Assembly (NCBI GenBank): GCA_964016885.1 | Contig: OZ024743.1 | Location: 313,534,001-313,598,000, forward strand | DNA from: Eledone cirrhosa | Taxonomy: Eukaryota | DNA length: 64,000 nucleotides | Direction of reading: 5' to 3' | Shown: positions 12,821 to 25,225 of the stretch, piece after piece | Numbering within the stretch: position 1 is the first letter of the stretch | Layout: each line of letters begins with the position of its first letter | The notes under the pieces: model-generated | Seen by the model: the letters and a program-made list of their open reading frames with translations, nothing else | Told to the model about the DNA's origin: nothing | The model's database searches: none | Program-made: the position numbers and the translations under genes

Positions 12821-15800
12821 CTACAGGCTTATATAGAGAGAAGACCTAACCACTCGGGCTATCTTTGCCACATTCACCCACCTTTTATAAAATCTGCTGG
12901 GGTACAGCACCTCACTCTCCATCCTGATGCTTCTTCCAAAATGATATTTGAAAAAACGAATCAGCTGCTCGCCGGGGAGAAAGGTGTCTGACCTCAGCCC
13001 TTTTAACCTCGTCCACCATATAACCTCTTTCATCATAACCATAACACATAGGAAAACCGCCTCTCCCTCGTTTTTGAAGGAGGGTGGCGGTTTGATCATG
13101 AAAATGGATTCGGTGGTCAACTGGATTGGTCCCACTCGCGACAATAGTCGTTCTACATAGCCCCACAGGCCGGTAACGCCCAGGCAGTGTACAAATGCTT
13201 GCGCGACGGTTTCCTCGTCGCGCACGCATCTCGGACAGATCTTTTACGAAGGGTCCCTGCCCGGGCGCCTATGTCTGTAGAGCTTATCTCGAACTGGTAG
13301 AGCTCCTCGGTAGCACTTCCAGGCCAGGGACTTTTGGAAGTTTACCATTGGTCCCGGGCGGAAGGTCCTACCGAACAGACAGGTCAGTTCGTCCTCCTCT
13401 ACGCCTAGAGTTTCTCCGAGCGTGTCATCGCACTTGCTGCGGACCAACCCTCTATAGAATGTCGAAGTGGAGACTCCACTGATCACCGGATCCGTTTGCC
13501 AGAGGAATGTGAGCGCTTGAGCACATTCGATGTGCCAGTCACCCATTTTCCTCGGTCTTTGCTTGACCCAGGACTGCAGCTCGGTCAGCAAGACGAGTCG
13601 TGGGAAGGCTCGCCTCACGAAAGGGAGCCCACACCGGCTGTCCGGTGAGGAATACGTGGAGGTGCCGCAGCCTGAGCGCGTGTTTGCGCATCGTCAGCCA
13701 CAGCATCCCCAGCGCCCCGTTGGCCACAGATGGATCTTCTCACCAAAGGAGCCCATTTCTTCCAAAGGAATTGGAAAAGCGCGCGCTCCATTTTGGTGAG
13801 CTTTTTGGCTGGACAAGGCACGATGGTCAAGCGGTAGTAGATGACGGATGCTATAAAAGTGTTCGCCACCTCGGCTCGACCTTTCAAGGATAGTTTGCAC
13901 TCGGCCCCCGTCTGGGTGAGCGCAAACACCTTGACCGTTACCTCGTTCCAGTTCTTCTCCACCTGGAGGTCCTGACCAAACCAGACCCCGAGCAGCATTA
14001 CCGGTTTCCGTCCAGCGTCCGACGACGACATCGGAAGGCATCGGTGTGTCTCGCCATGTTCCGAGTTTCAAACCGACGGACTTGTCCCGATTCAGCTTCG
14101 CTCCTGTGAATCTTTCGTATTCCTCCAGTAAGGTGCCGACCTCCCCGATTTCCAAGGTGCTCGACACCATTACTGTCATGTCGTCGGCGTAGGCTGACGC
14201 TGCTTTTCGCAGTAGTGGCTCGAGAGTCAGTACGTACAGAAGGGAGGAGAGAGGGCATCCCTGTCGGATGGATCGCGTGATATGTAACGGATCCGAGATG
14301 TAGCCGTTCACCTTGACTCTTGAGCAATGTTGCTGCTGTGCATTGCAGCAATCCAGCCCCTGAACAAGGGTCCGAAGCCTGCCGCCTCGAGCACCGCATC
14401 CAGATAACGATGGTCAAACCTATCGAAAGCCCCTGACTAATCCAAGTTGAGCAGGGCCTCACCGAAGCCGGGTTTACACCCTACCCTCTCTATGATGCAT
14501 CGCATGAGGTGGAGGTTGTCGTGTATGGACCTGGTCGGGATTGCGCATGTCTGCGCTTCTCCTACCAGCCTCTTTGCCAACACCTTGGCCAAAATTTGTA
14601 ACTCTGTGTTTAGCAGAGTTATGGGCCGGAAGTTGCCTATGTCATCCCCCTTATTCTCGTCCTTCCTGACTAACGTTACTACGCCCTTGGTCACATAACT
14701 GCCAGTTGCAGTAGACCGCTTCCAGGAGACCGGAGAACATGTCCGGCATTGCTACATAAAATTCGTAGGGTAGACCGTTGAGGCCTGGAGATTTGCGTCT
14801 GCCGCATTGGCTCAGCGCGTCCCCTATCTCAGTGGCCGAAATCGGCCTTTCGCAGAACTTTGCCTCGCTCTACGAGAGTCGCGGTAGGCCGTCGAGGTAT
14901 GGACCGAAATTCATAGCCCCTCCCGGCGCGCCGCCCTGCCGGAACAGTTGAGCAAAGTGCCGCTGAAAGGCCACGCACATCTGCTTCGGCTCACGTATCA
15001 CGCGTCCGCCTTGGTCCTTCAAAGACCGAATCGTGGACTTGTTGCCACTCTTCGCCTCCGTCACACGGGCCCAGCTAACAGCTTTGGCTCCCTCGTTTCC
15101 CAGAGCACGTATTTTGCTTCTGACAACGCAGCCTTCATGCTTTGCGTCGAAGAACTGATCCAAGGCTGTTCTCGTCGCTAGCACGCTGGCTACGTTGCTA
15201 CTCCTAAGTGCCTCTTCTACTTTATCTACCAGTTCCTTTTCGGTTTTAGTTCTATCTAACACTAATTCTTTACTAAAACCTATCGAATCTAATCTAACTG
15301 CCCTCTTGAGAGAGTACCACCACATGTTGTTGACAATGGCGCCGGTCAAGTGCTGCTTAACTAAAATGCTAATCCGTCTCCTGTAGGCTTTGCATGTCGG
15401 TGACGACAAGTTCAGCTTCCAGTATCCGGGTCCCTGTCTATGGGCTTTGTCAAGGTTGACTAAGTAGGTCACTAATTTGTAATCTGAATAGGCAACCATG
15501 AACATTTGTGGACAGCTTAACATGTCCCTATCCTTCTTTCTAACTAGAACCCTATCTAGGTACGATCTAGATTTTCCGCTGAGATTAGTCCACGTCCACA
15601 GTGGCACAGTCGGAAAATCTAGTCGATAACTATCGGCCAAGTCAAATCGGCCGATTAACTGTTTGAGGCTGTTACACCACCCCTCTATCGGGACATGCTC
15701 CCACATAGTCCCAACGTGCATCTAGGATTCTATTCCAGTCCCCCACTAACAGCAGGGAGCGGGACGTTCCCAGAAAAGTTGCTAGACGTTTGAAGAAGTC

Positions 15801-16150
15801 TGGCCCCGGTGTCCCAGATGGGGCATATGTGGCCACCAGCCTGAACGCTCCACCTTCACTACCGCCAACGTCTAGGACCACCAGTCGACCCTCCGGGTCC
15901 AGATGTACCGTCTGTGTTACGAGGTCCAGGTGTTTCCGCAGCAAAACGGCAACCCCACCCTACCTCCCGGCTGACTGAGAGATGCGTAGATCTCAAAGTC
16001 GTCGAAGATGGGAGCCAGTTGTCGCTCACTGTGGATCCTGGACTCGCAAATTACTACTACATCCATACTGTGCGACCTGAGGTCGTTTAAGAGTTTGCCC
16101 TGTTTTCAGGGCATCCCCAGGCCGCGTACATTCACACATCCATCTCTTAT
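12821..16150 (-). pseudogene. Tx1 ORF2 (APE endonuclease-RT), frameshifted with deletions
   Basis: Split over ORFs 15672-15944, 14870-15721, 14437-14694, 13694-14311, 13615-14031, 13244-13618 and 12821-13225, each matching the 41621-44083 or 40930-41511 proteins. Confidence 0.9.
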
Positions 16151-16199
16151 ATTGGCCAAGTTGGTGCTGAAAAGTTAAAAGAAGAGGAAAAGAAATCAC

Positions 16200-17114
16200 T
16201 CACCTCTTCGTCTCCTGGGGACCAGGTTGCACAATTTCCATGGAGGTGTTGGGGGGGGTTGTTTGGTGGGGTGGTGGTCTCAGGTGGGATGTGGACGGAG
16301 ATGTTTGGTGGAGAGGGGGTGTCTGGTGGGATGGGGGTTTGACGCAGGGGTTACCTACGTCGTTATGAAATTTTTCTTTTAACTGTTTATGTGTGTCCAT
16401 GGAGGTCCTAATCATTTTAAGATTAGGATTCTCCGAAGAGTGTGTAAAGGTTTTCCCTTCGGTCTCCACCGAAGGGCTTTTATATATGGTGTCTGTTAAA
16501 GTTTTATCGTTAGTATTTATGTAGGTGTAACATTTTTGTTGTGTTGTGTTGCTTTTTGTCTGTGGTTCTTGTGTGTATTTACGTTTTGTAGTAGGTGTTT
16601 TGTTTTCAGGAGTGGGTGTTTTTGTTTGTGCTGTTTGCGTCGCTTGTCTTGCTGTTTGTGTATTTGTTGCATTTTTGTTTGTGTTATGTCTTTTCTTTTT
16701 TCTTTTTACTGGTCGGAAAGGCTCTCCCTCATCGTCACTGGGTGACGATGATGAAGCCTCATCTGTGTTGTTGGGGAGGGTTACATTTTGGGGAGCTGTT
16801 ATGTCTGTGGGTGTTTCTGGAGTTGTTTTAGGTGGGGAGGGCTTGGGTGTGACTGTGTTTGTCGTTTGTTTTGTTGTCACTATTTTTTTATGTTGTTGTT
16901 GTTGTTGTGGTGGTGGTAAATGTTGTGCTGATGTTGCAGGTGTTGGCAGTAGTGCCTTTTTGGGGCTAGTTAGCCGAGGACAGGAAGCTCTCAGGTGACC
17001 GCTGCTTAAGCAGTGGTAACATGAGGGCCGCCTACCCTCGACCGAAATGTTTATGTATATAAGCCCATCCAGCAGCACACGTTCCTGGATCCTAGCTATT
17101 CGTTCTGGTGTCAT
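16200..17114 (-). CDS. Tx1 ORF1 C-terminal part (CCHC zinc knuckle + Thr/Pro-rich region)
   Basis: VEGRRPSCYHCLSSGHLRASCP; homologous to 38832-40649. Confidence 0.8.
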   Translation of the reverse strand: MTPERIARIQERVLLDGLIYINISVEGRRPSCYHCLSSGHLRASCPRLTSPKKALLPTPATSAQHLPPPQQQQQHKKIVTTKQTTNTVTPKPSPPKTTPETPTDITAPQNVTLPNNTDEASSSSPSDDEGEPFRPVKRKKKRHNTNKNATNTQTARQATQTAQTKTPTPENKTPTTKRKYTQEPQTKSNTTQQKCYTYINTNDKTLTDTIYKSPSVETEGKTFTHSSENPNLKMIRTSMDTHKQLKEKFHNDVGNPCVKPPSHQTPPLHQTSPSTSHLRPPPHQTTPPNTSMEIVQPGPQETKR

Positions 17115-17940
17115 TTGGACCAGATCTTCCAGGCTAGTTCCGCTGAACAGGTCGCCGGAGGACTTACCTACCGATATTATATAGTCTTTTTCGAGGTTTA
17201 AAAATCCACATAGTACCCATCAAATATCAATATTTGGTGTGATACTTTGGATTTTTATTTTCTGTGTTCTTTTCCCCATGTAAGTGGGGAAAAAGGTGAA
17301 CAGCGGTGACACAATTTGCGACACAGAATATTTCTCTGCCGTCAATTGGTCTTTCATTAGAATGGATAAACTCCCGTAGAGCCTACCCTTCTGAATAAAA
17401 GCAATGTATTTATATATATATATAGAGAGAGAGAGATAGATAGATACATAGATAGATATAGTGTTGAACACTGTAAGAGGAAGTGAACAAAGTGATGTAG
17501 TTCCATAATTTTACGATCGTTTCAGCTTAGGAGACACGTAGTTGTAGGTTAGTCGACGATGTAAGCGTAAATCCATGTATCCAGCATCGAAATGTACGAG
17601 CTCTGTGAAGGCTTCTTTATGTATATATAAATATATAACATATTTAGTGGTTATGGTGTTGGGCGTAACATCCTGAGTTCCTCGTTTGATTTCTAGACAA
17701 AGTACTGTGTTTGTTTCCTTAATTATTTCCTTTTGCTCCAATCTCTGCAACTGAAAGACAATACTTTGAGACGTTTGAAAACACTGACAGCCAAATGGAT
17801 GACTCTTGGTATCCTCAATCACTCTGGTAGATTTTCGTCTGGAAGAGGCAAACGCATGGTCAGTCAATCTGTTGTACGTAGCCCATGACCAGTCATCTAT
17901 GAAGGTGACTCTTTGACACACACACAGACACACACACACG

Positions 17941-18017
<77 letters not shown>

Positions 18018-18469
18018 GAATGAAAATACAAGAAGACCGTATTCCAATATCTTCCCTTAATGTTTAACAATTACATAATACGCCTTTCTCTGGCCGGCTT
18101 ACACCATCAAATCATGACTCGTAAGCTGTAATGATCGAAGATGTCATCAGATGTAATGAACGTAAAGAGTTTAGTCTAGTAATTCCTACTGGGTTACATT
18201 CAAATATAAACAAAGAATTGATACTATGGCGGCCCAGATCGTGATGTCATCACTACGACGGACGTGTGTGTATGTCAAAAGAAGTTTATGAATCTGTATT
18301 TGATCTGTATTTGATTTCTTAGTCCACGATGTTCCTGGAATATCTGCAGTTTAATATGTTAAGGAAAATCTGTGAATACATGGTATTTTTGAAGATGGAA
18401 AATCTGGAATATAATTTTGCAAATATTGGATACAGTGTGGATTTTATACGTAAAATAGTCTAGAAAATA

Positions 18470-18657
18470 ACTGTTTCTACTTTTGGCACAAGGCCAGCAA
18501 ATTAACCAGTGCATTACTGGTACTTTATTTTATCGACCCCGTACGGATGAAAGGCAAAGTTAACCTCGGCGGGATTTGAACTCAGAATATGCCGTAACTC
18601 TATGCGTCAAAGCATGACGTCCGACTCATTACCGATACTGCCAATACACTACCCTTA
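18470..18657 (-). mobile_element. tRNA-derived SINE (OK-like)
   Basis: Near-identical to 4690-4865 and 20305-20497. Confidence 0.85.
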
Positions 18658-19469
18658 GAAAATAACAACTGACAATGAGGTCATTAGCAGATAAACATTT
18701 TGCTACTTTGTAGAATCTAATGAGATTTTTTTAGTTGAAACGACAGGTGATAGCGTGTGACAACATACAAATGTTTTGAGACAATTCTTGATTAGATGTT
18801 TGCCAGAGTGTTTACTATTCTTTGCAGTGATATACTGGCTAAATTGTGTTTACATCGAAGGTGTTAGTCTGTGTAAATCAGTAGCCATTAAAAATATGAA
18901 ACATTTAAAACTATCTCAGATAGTTGTTTGCTGACTCGTAAATAGTTGTTTGATGTCAAAAGATTTTGAAAAAGTAAGTTTATATATTATAGACGTAGTC
19001 AATGCTGAGCGGTTTTAAAGTTCACTTTGCAATCATGAAGTCCCGGATTCAATCCTATTGTTTGGGCTATTGCATAAAACTCCTTTTGGTTTTCTTTTAG
19101 ACACATGACGTGTGCTTTTTCTCCCCTAACCCCGTCCTTCCTCTCCTCACTCATTTCTTACTCTATTTTCTGACAAACGACTAGTTAACATTAACACTCT
19201 TTTCCCGCTATTTCAAGCGTTAAAACGATACATGTCTTCCATGTACTGTGTCGTTTCCTTTGTTTAACATTTACACACACACACATCACATACACACACT
19301 CACACACACACACACACACACACTCACATACACACTCACACACACACACTCACACACACACACATACACACACATACACACACAAAGACAGACAAACACA
19401 CACACACACACACACATACACATACACACACATACTCATGCATTCATATATATATTATATATATATATT

Positions 19470-19542
19470 TATTAAAATAGCAGATTAAAGTTTAATCAAA
19501 GAATTGCTGCTTTCACCCTTAACGGGATCTTCTAAAACTATA

Positions 19543-19585
<43 letters not shown>

Positions 19586-19778
19586 ATAATAATAAATGTG
19601 AAGACTGAAAACCGAAGAGGGCTCGATAAGGAAACATATATGTCAAATATATAAAAACCATTGTGCAAATATTTATTAAAATAACAGATTAAAGTTTAAG
19701 CAAAGAATCATAACCGGATCTTCAGAAGATCCCGTTAAGGGTGAAAGCAACGATTTTTGCTTAAACTTTAGTCTGTTA

Positions 19779-19786
<8 letters not shown>
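19470..19786. repeat. (TA)n-embedded inverted-repeat element with hammerhead-like core (CAGAAGA-t.ccc-gttaa-ggg.t-GAAA)
   Basis: 19470-19535 is the reverse complement of 19722-19786; a third copy lies at 44528-44592. Confidence 0.6.
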
Positions 19787-19855
<69 letters not shown>

Positions 19856-19856
19856 A

Positions 19857-20043
19857 AATGTGGTTGTTGTTAGGAAGGGCATCCAGCTGTAAAATACCCT
19901 GCCTAATTTCAGTTCTCACCGGAGCAAGGTACGACATGGCCAACTCTGACCAGACTTGGCTCCCGGCGTGGATGGCCCATTTAACCCATGAAAACATGCA
20001 AAAATGGATACTAAACGGGAATGATGATGATGATGATGATGAT
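19857..20043 (+). mobile_element. SINE 3' part with RTE-like tail and (GAT)n
   Basis: ggaagggcatccagctgtaaaa ... acccatg..catg..aaatgga..taaa..gatgatgat resembles the RTE 3' end at 1400-1457. Confidence 0.6.
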
Positions 20044-20304
20044 ATATATACTGTAGTACAAGTTTGGTAAAAATATCCAAGGGTAAGAGCACTTAGTCCA
20101 TATGAATAGTTATAGCAGTGACATATGCAGTTACTTTCTAAAACTTCAAAAATATTTTAAGTGGAGTTAGACATATGTGTTTATATGGCAGGCTCAATGA
20201 GTTGGGCTGTTATAACCTAACGAAACTTAAGTACCTGTGCACAAATTATATATATACACTAATATATTAGAAATGTTTAAATCCAAGCATAGATTCGCTA
20301 AAAT

Positions 20305-20497
20305 AATAATTGTTTCTACTTTAGGCACAAGGCCAGCAATTACCCAGTGCATTACTGGTACTTTATTTTATCGACCCAGTAAGGATGAAAGGCAAAGTCA
20401 ACCTCGGCGGGATTTGAACTCAGATCGTAAAGGGACGTAACTATGGTGGAAAGCATGGCGTCCGACCCTCTACCGATACTGCCAATCCACCGCCCAT
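20305..20497 (-). mobile_element. tRNA-derived SINE (OK-like), well preserved
   Basis: Full A box, B box and body on the reverse strand. Confidence 0.9.
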
Positions 20498-20604
20498 TCG
20501 CTAAAATAATAATGATAGCTATCATCCATGTAGCGAATCTGTGTTTGAATTTCAACATTTCTATTTTCTCATTTGAAATCATACAAATGCCTCTATAAAT
20601 CATA

Positions 20605-20708
<104 letters not shown>

Positions 20709-20777
20709 AAAAAGAGATGAAATCGAAAATGCAACTGAAGTCTTATTTTTTTTAAAAATATATATATTTATTTGGTT

Positions 20778-20815
20778 CCTTTACCGGTTTCGCAGTTCTT
20801 CTGCTTTTCAAAAGG
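20778..20815 (-). ncRNA. Minimal type I hammerhead ribozyme, U3-A8 variant
   Basis: Reverse strand: cctt-TTGAAAA-gcag-aagaa-ctgc-GAAA-ccgg-TA-aagg. Confidence 0.85.
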
Positions 20816-20864
20816 TGAGTTTTTCTCACGTGAGAAAAAACCACAGACCCTCCATCTCAACTCA

Positions 20865-20902
20865 CCTTTTGAAAAGCAGAAGAACTGCGAAACCGGTAAA
20901 GG
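20865..20902 (+). ncRNA. Minimal type I hammerhead ribozyme, U3-A8 variant
   Basis: cctt-TTGAAAA-gcag-aagaa-ctgc-GAAA-ccgg-TA-aagg; G10.1-C11.1, palindromic stem III CCGG, GUA site. Confidence 0.85.
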
Positions 20903-21033
20903 AACCAAATAAATATATATATTTAAAAAAAAAATAAGACTTCAGTTGCATTTTCGATTTCATCTCTTTTTCTTTATACTTTCACTCGTGTAGGACACCT
21001 CGGTTATTTTTCATTTTGTAAAAAAAACCTCAC

Positions 21034-21093
<60 letters not shown>

Positions 21094-21096
<3 letters not shown>

Positions 21097-21458
21097 TGTA
21101 TATATATAATGTATTTTGCAATACACTGTATGCTTAATTGAAAGCATTTTGAAGACCATACGCCATTGTTTTAAAGTAACGACAATGTCGCTTACTTACA
21201 TTTTCAGCAAACAAGGGGAGACAAGCTGACAGAGCTCTGTTTCGTACGTTTTGGTACTTATCAAAGCTTACTACTCTCTCTGTTTGCTGAAAATTATGTG
21301 TGTTGGTACGAAACAGAGCTCTGTCAGCTTATCTCCCCTTGTTTGCTGAAAATTTAAGTAAGCGACATTGTCGCTACTTTAAAACAATGGCGTATGATCT
21401 TCAAAATGTTTTTAATTAAGCATACAGTGTATTGCAAAATACATTATATATACATTCA
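21094..21458. repeat. Palindromic element (~153-bp arms) between (TA)n tracts
   Basis: 21094-21247 is the reverse complement of 21306-21458 with few mismatches. Confidence 0.9.
21223..21269 (-). ncRNA. Type I hammerhead ribozyme, U3-A8 variant, GUC site
   Basis: Reverse strand: aagct-TTGATAA-gtac-caaaac-gtac-GAAA-cagagctctg-TC-agctt. Confidence 0.85.
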
Positions 21459-21491
21459 TATATATATCGCTATTTCAGAGCACCAATTCTA

Positions 21492-21525
<34 letters not shown>

Positions 21526-22051
21526 TGTACATTGTACACACTCACACATCTATATATATTATATATACTATATATATATGTGTGTGTATCTTTGTGTTTG
21601 TATGTTTGCGTGTGTGCGTTTATTTACCCCCCTGGCTGCTTAAAACTAATCCAAGCAACACAAATGTTTTATATTCTAATAAGTTGAGAAACCTCGCGTA
21701 AATCCGTCGATGTGGCTACAAATCTAATTTTTGCGAAATTATCTTAATGAATCGTTTAAAAGTTACTCTTGAATCAAATAGTAAATTTAACGGTAATAGC
21801 TTTTATTGGCATATCAAATGATCTAAATATTTATTTTTTTAGGTAGCTTAACCATTAATCGTTTTACACATCCATCTACATCTACTAATGTATTTTTCTA
21901 TTTCCTGTGGTGTTTTCTGTTGCATCCTCGCTCTCTATATATAGTTTTCATAAGTTTTATCTCTCGGAAGCAATTATATCACTAGTGTATTAAGAAATAA
22001 ATACACACTCACACATACTCACACACACACACGCACTCACACACACACGCA

Positions 22052-22091
<40 letters not shown>

Positions 22092-22529
22092 CGCGCGCAC
22101 TCACACACATACTCACACTCACACCCACACACACTCACACAAACACATACGCACTCACACACACACGTACAACATTTTAAAATTTACTTTATACTTATTT
22201 ATTTTTTCACTTTATAATTGTAATTTCTTCAATTTACTCATCATTTATTTCTCGGTGCCAGTGACCATGTCGCAAACATTGCGACGACATATTTGACATC
22301 AAGATCTCTCTCATAAATATAAAGAAAAGTTAACAGTTCTTGTGTGGTGTTTGAATGAATAAAATGAATTTTCCACGATGTAAATTATTTGCTTACAAAA
22401 CAGGGGCTCAGATCAAATTATTTGCCTGACAAGTACGACTCTGAAATCTTCCTATGAAGTTCGTCGTCAAAACATGAACTGATTAGTTTATTATGTGAAT
22501 TATCGATGTAATAGCCACAATGAATTCTT

Positions 22530-23175
22530 GACAATTTTACCTTTACGAAAGGTGAAGTAGATCTCGGCAGGATTTGAACTCAGAACATAAAGAGCAGTAA
22601 CTAAATACCGCAAAAGTATTCTTTCCAATGCTCTACCGATTCTGACAACCCAATGATAATAATCAAGATTTTTAATTAAGGCACAAGGCCTGCAAATTGT
22701 ATGAGGAAAAAGTCGATTATATCGACTCCAGTACTTTATTATTACTTTAATTACTTTCGGCTCCAAGGAGACGAAAGTCAAAGTTAGCCGTAACAGGTTT
22801 TGAACTGCGAATCTTAAGAACTTAATGAACTAAGGATGCACTAACACTACAGCCAATTTATTGCACAAATTACAACAGCAACACCAAACATAATATTGAT
22901 GATAAGAACGATGAAAATAACAATAATGGGGGCGGGTGGATTATGACAGAAACAACAACAATTATAAATGTTTCTACTTTTGACACAAAGCAAGCAATTT
23001 GAAGGGAAGGGGAAAGTCGATTAAATCGACTCTAATGCAATACCGTACTTCGTTTTATCGACTTCATAAGGATTGAAAAGTAAAGTTGACTTCACACTGA
23101 TTTGAATTCATAACGTGAAGGGTTGTAACAATATACTGCAAAGCATCTTGTCCGACGTTCTACCGATACTGCAAA
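22530..23175 (-). mobile_element. Chain of three diverged OK-like SINEs
   Basis: Repeated gcacaaggcc / atcgac / gatttgaactca / ctaccgat motifs at ~22530-22650, 22670-22870 and 22965-23175. Confidence 0.7.
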
Positions 23176-23924
23176 TAATATTGATAATAATAATGATAAT
23201 AATTCTAAATTCCGAAAGTGAATGTTTCAAATTTAAAATGGTGAATTATCCAATAGGTTAACATATTATTTAACTTCCTCGTTGGTGTATACATAAAATA
23301 AAATATCATAGCACCGCTATGTATTCCCTTTTATATATTTCTGGTCGCGTTGATTTCTTATGGCAATTATATTCACAAAGTGGTATTATCTGCCGTGTTA
23401 GATCGATTTCAACTCTTGTTAAACATTAACAACAAATTCAGCAACTCAACATGTTAACAACACAAAAAATATATAATCGATTAATGAAGCAATAAATTAT
23501 TCCTCTAAAGGTGTTTTAGGCTATAGATCTTGAAGAACGATTTTAGATTTATCAAAAAAATTAATGAAAAGAATAAGCAAAAAGCGAGATGTATATTGTA
23601 TAGGCGATTATTGATTATGCATATATTTTATGTTTTATTGAAGAAAACTAAATTGACATTGTTGTGTCACCCTAAAGGAGCAGCATGGTTTCTTAAATAT
23701 TTTGTTTCTTACCATCCTTTCTTTTTTATTTATTTATGTATTTCACACATTCATATTTACACACATAAACGCATGAAAACACACACTCATCTCCTTATTA
23801 AACTTTGTTATTATTATTAGTAGTTAATTCATAATTATTATCAATGCCGTTGTTGAGATTGTTCTTATCAATATTCTATATTTTACTATCATTACAGTCA
23901 TTATAATGATAATAAAGATAACGG

Positions 23925-24300
23925 TTTTTGATTTAGGCACAAGGCCAGCAATTGTAGGGAAGGGAAGTCAAGTTCATCAGCAACAATGCTTGACCTTTTC
24001 TTTATTTGCACCATAAAGATGAAAGGCAATGCTGACCTCCACGATATTTCAATTGAGACCATAAGGAGTCGGACTAAATCCCACAAAGTATTTTGTTCGC
24101 CGGTCTGACCATACTGCCAATCCACCGCTTAATAATGACTTTTAACTTTGGCTAAAGGCCAGCAATTTTCGGGATTGAGTAGTCGATTATATCGACCCAG
24201 TACTTGGCTGGTACTTTATTTCATCGACAATTCAATGGTAAAAGGTAAAGTTGACATCGGCAGGATATAACTCTGGGGCGCAAAGAACCACCGTTCTCAA
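23925..24300 (-). mobile_element. Two tandem OK-like SINEs
   Basis: aggccagcaatt...gatgaaaggcaa...actgccaatccaccgc, followed directly by a second copy. Confidence 0.7.
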
Positions 24301-24349
24301 CCCACCACTCAATAATATTACTAATGACAATATTGAAATATTATTATTA

Positions 24350-24800
24350 TCATTCTTAACGCTTTTACTCTGGCAGATGTTATACCGACACTATACCAAA
24401 AGAGCGAGTCATACCCAATGAGCAACGGTCTTTCGGATCATTCCTTCTCCTTCAACCTTCTAAAACCCTCCTTAGACACATTATTGTTCCTATTGTTCCT
24501 GTTTGCTGAAAAAATCCTGTCCCGATGGTAATTCCTAGCTTCTGAAGCCATGCTTCTAATTTTTTACTAACTGCTCACAGTCTTCTTTTTTCTGATATTT
24601 TACTTCCCTTTAAGTTGTTCAATCTTTCACCCTTTTCTTAATTCACCTCGTGTTTCGCTTTCCAGAATATTAACATCTTTCCTAAGCATTCTGATGTTGC
24701 CTTCAATTCTTTTTTCCAACATGGTTCATTGATCTGCTTTCGTCTAGTCTGTTTCAGACCTAACTCTTTAGCAATGTAGATACTGTTGGTTTCTGTGATG
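24350..24800 (-). pseudogene. Fragment of a non-LTR retrotransposon N-terminal region (R4/Dong-like)
   Basis: Reverse strand encodes ..[38 protein letters not shown].., resembling the PxWKxR region upstream of the RT in such elements. Confidence 0.4.
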
Positions 24801-24804
24801 GTTC

Positions 24805-24828
24805 TAGTAGTAGTAGTAGTAGTAGTAG

Positions 24829-24861
<33 letters not shown>

Positions 24862-25148
24862 CAGCAGCAGTAACAATAACAGTAGTACTATTAGTATTAT
24901 TAATAGTATTAGTAGTAGCAGCAGTAGTAGCAGTAGCAGTAGCATCAGTAGTAGTAGTAGTAGCAGCAGCAACAGTAGCAATAGAAGTAGTAGTTACTAC
25001 TACTATTAGTTGTAGTAGCAGTAGTAGCAGCAGCAGTAGTAGCAGTAGCAGCAGCAGCACTAGTAGTAGTAGTAGTAGTAGCAGTAGCAGCAGAAGCAGC
25101 AGCAGTAGTAGTAGTAGCAGTAGCAGTAGCAGCAGAAGCAGCAGCAGC

Positions 25149-25203
<55 letters not shown>

Positions 25204-25225
25204 TTCGCCATCATCATCATAATCA
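24805..25225. repeat. Compound (TAG)n/(CAG)n trinucleotide microsatellite
   Basis: Directly visible. Confidence 0.95.

Larger units (their letters stand above)
12596..17410 (-). mobile_element. Tx1-like non-LTR retrotransposon, 5'-truncated and degenerate (copy A)
   Basis: ORF1 remnant with zinc knuckle CYHCLSSGHLRASC. ORF2 fragments show APE (GDWN, SYLDR), RT (RPITLLN, RQGCPLS, YADD) and C-terminal CxxC..H..C. 3'UTR ends aataaagaaatg then (TA)n. Colinear with copy B. Confidence 0.95.

Noticed and set aside
17511-17920. Possible Merlin/IS1595-like transposase remnant (IDDWSWATYNRL)
   Set aside because: Only one loose motif; insufficient without a database search.
19600-19650. GAAA-catatatg-TC with upstream CCGAAGA/CTGAAAA
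   Set aside because: Palindromic stem III is suggestive, but stems I and II do not pair convincingly.
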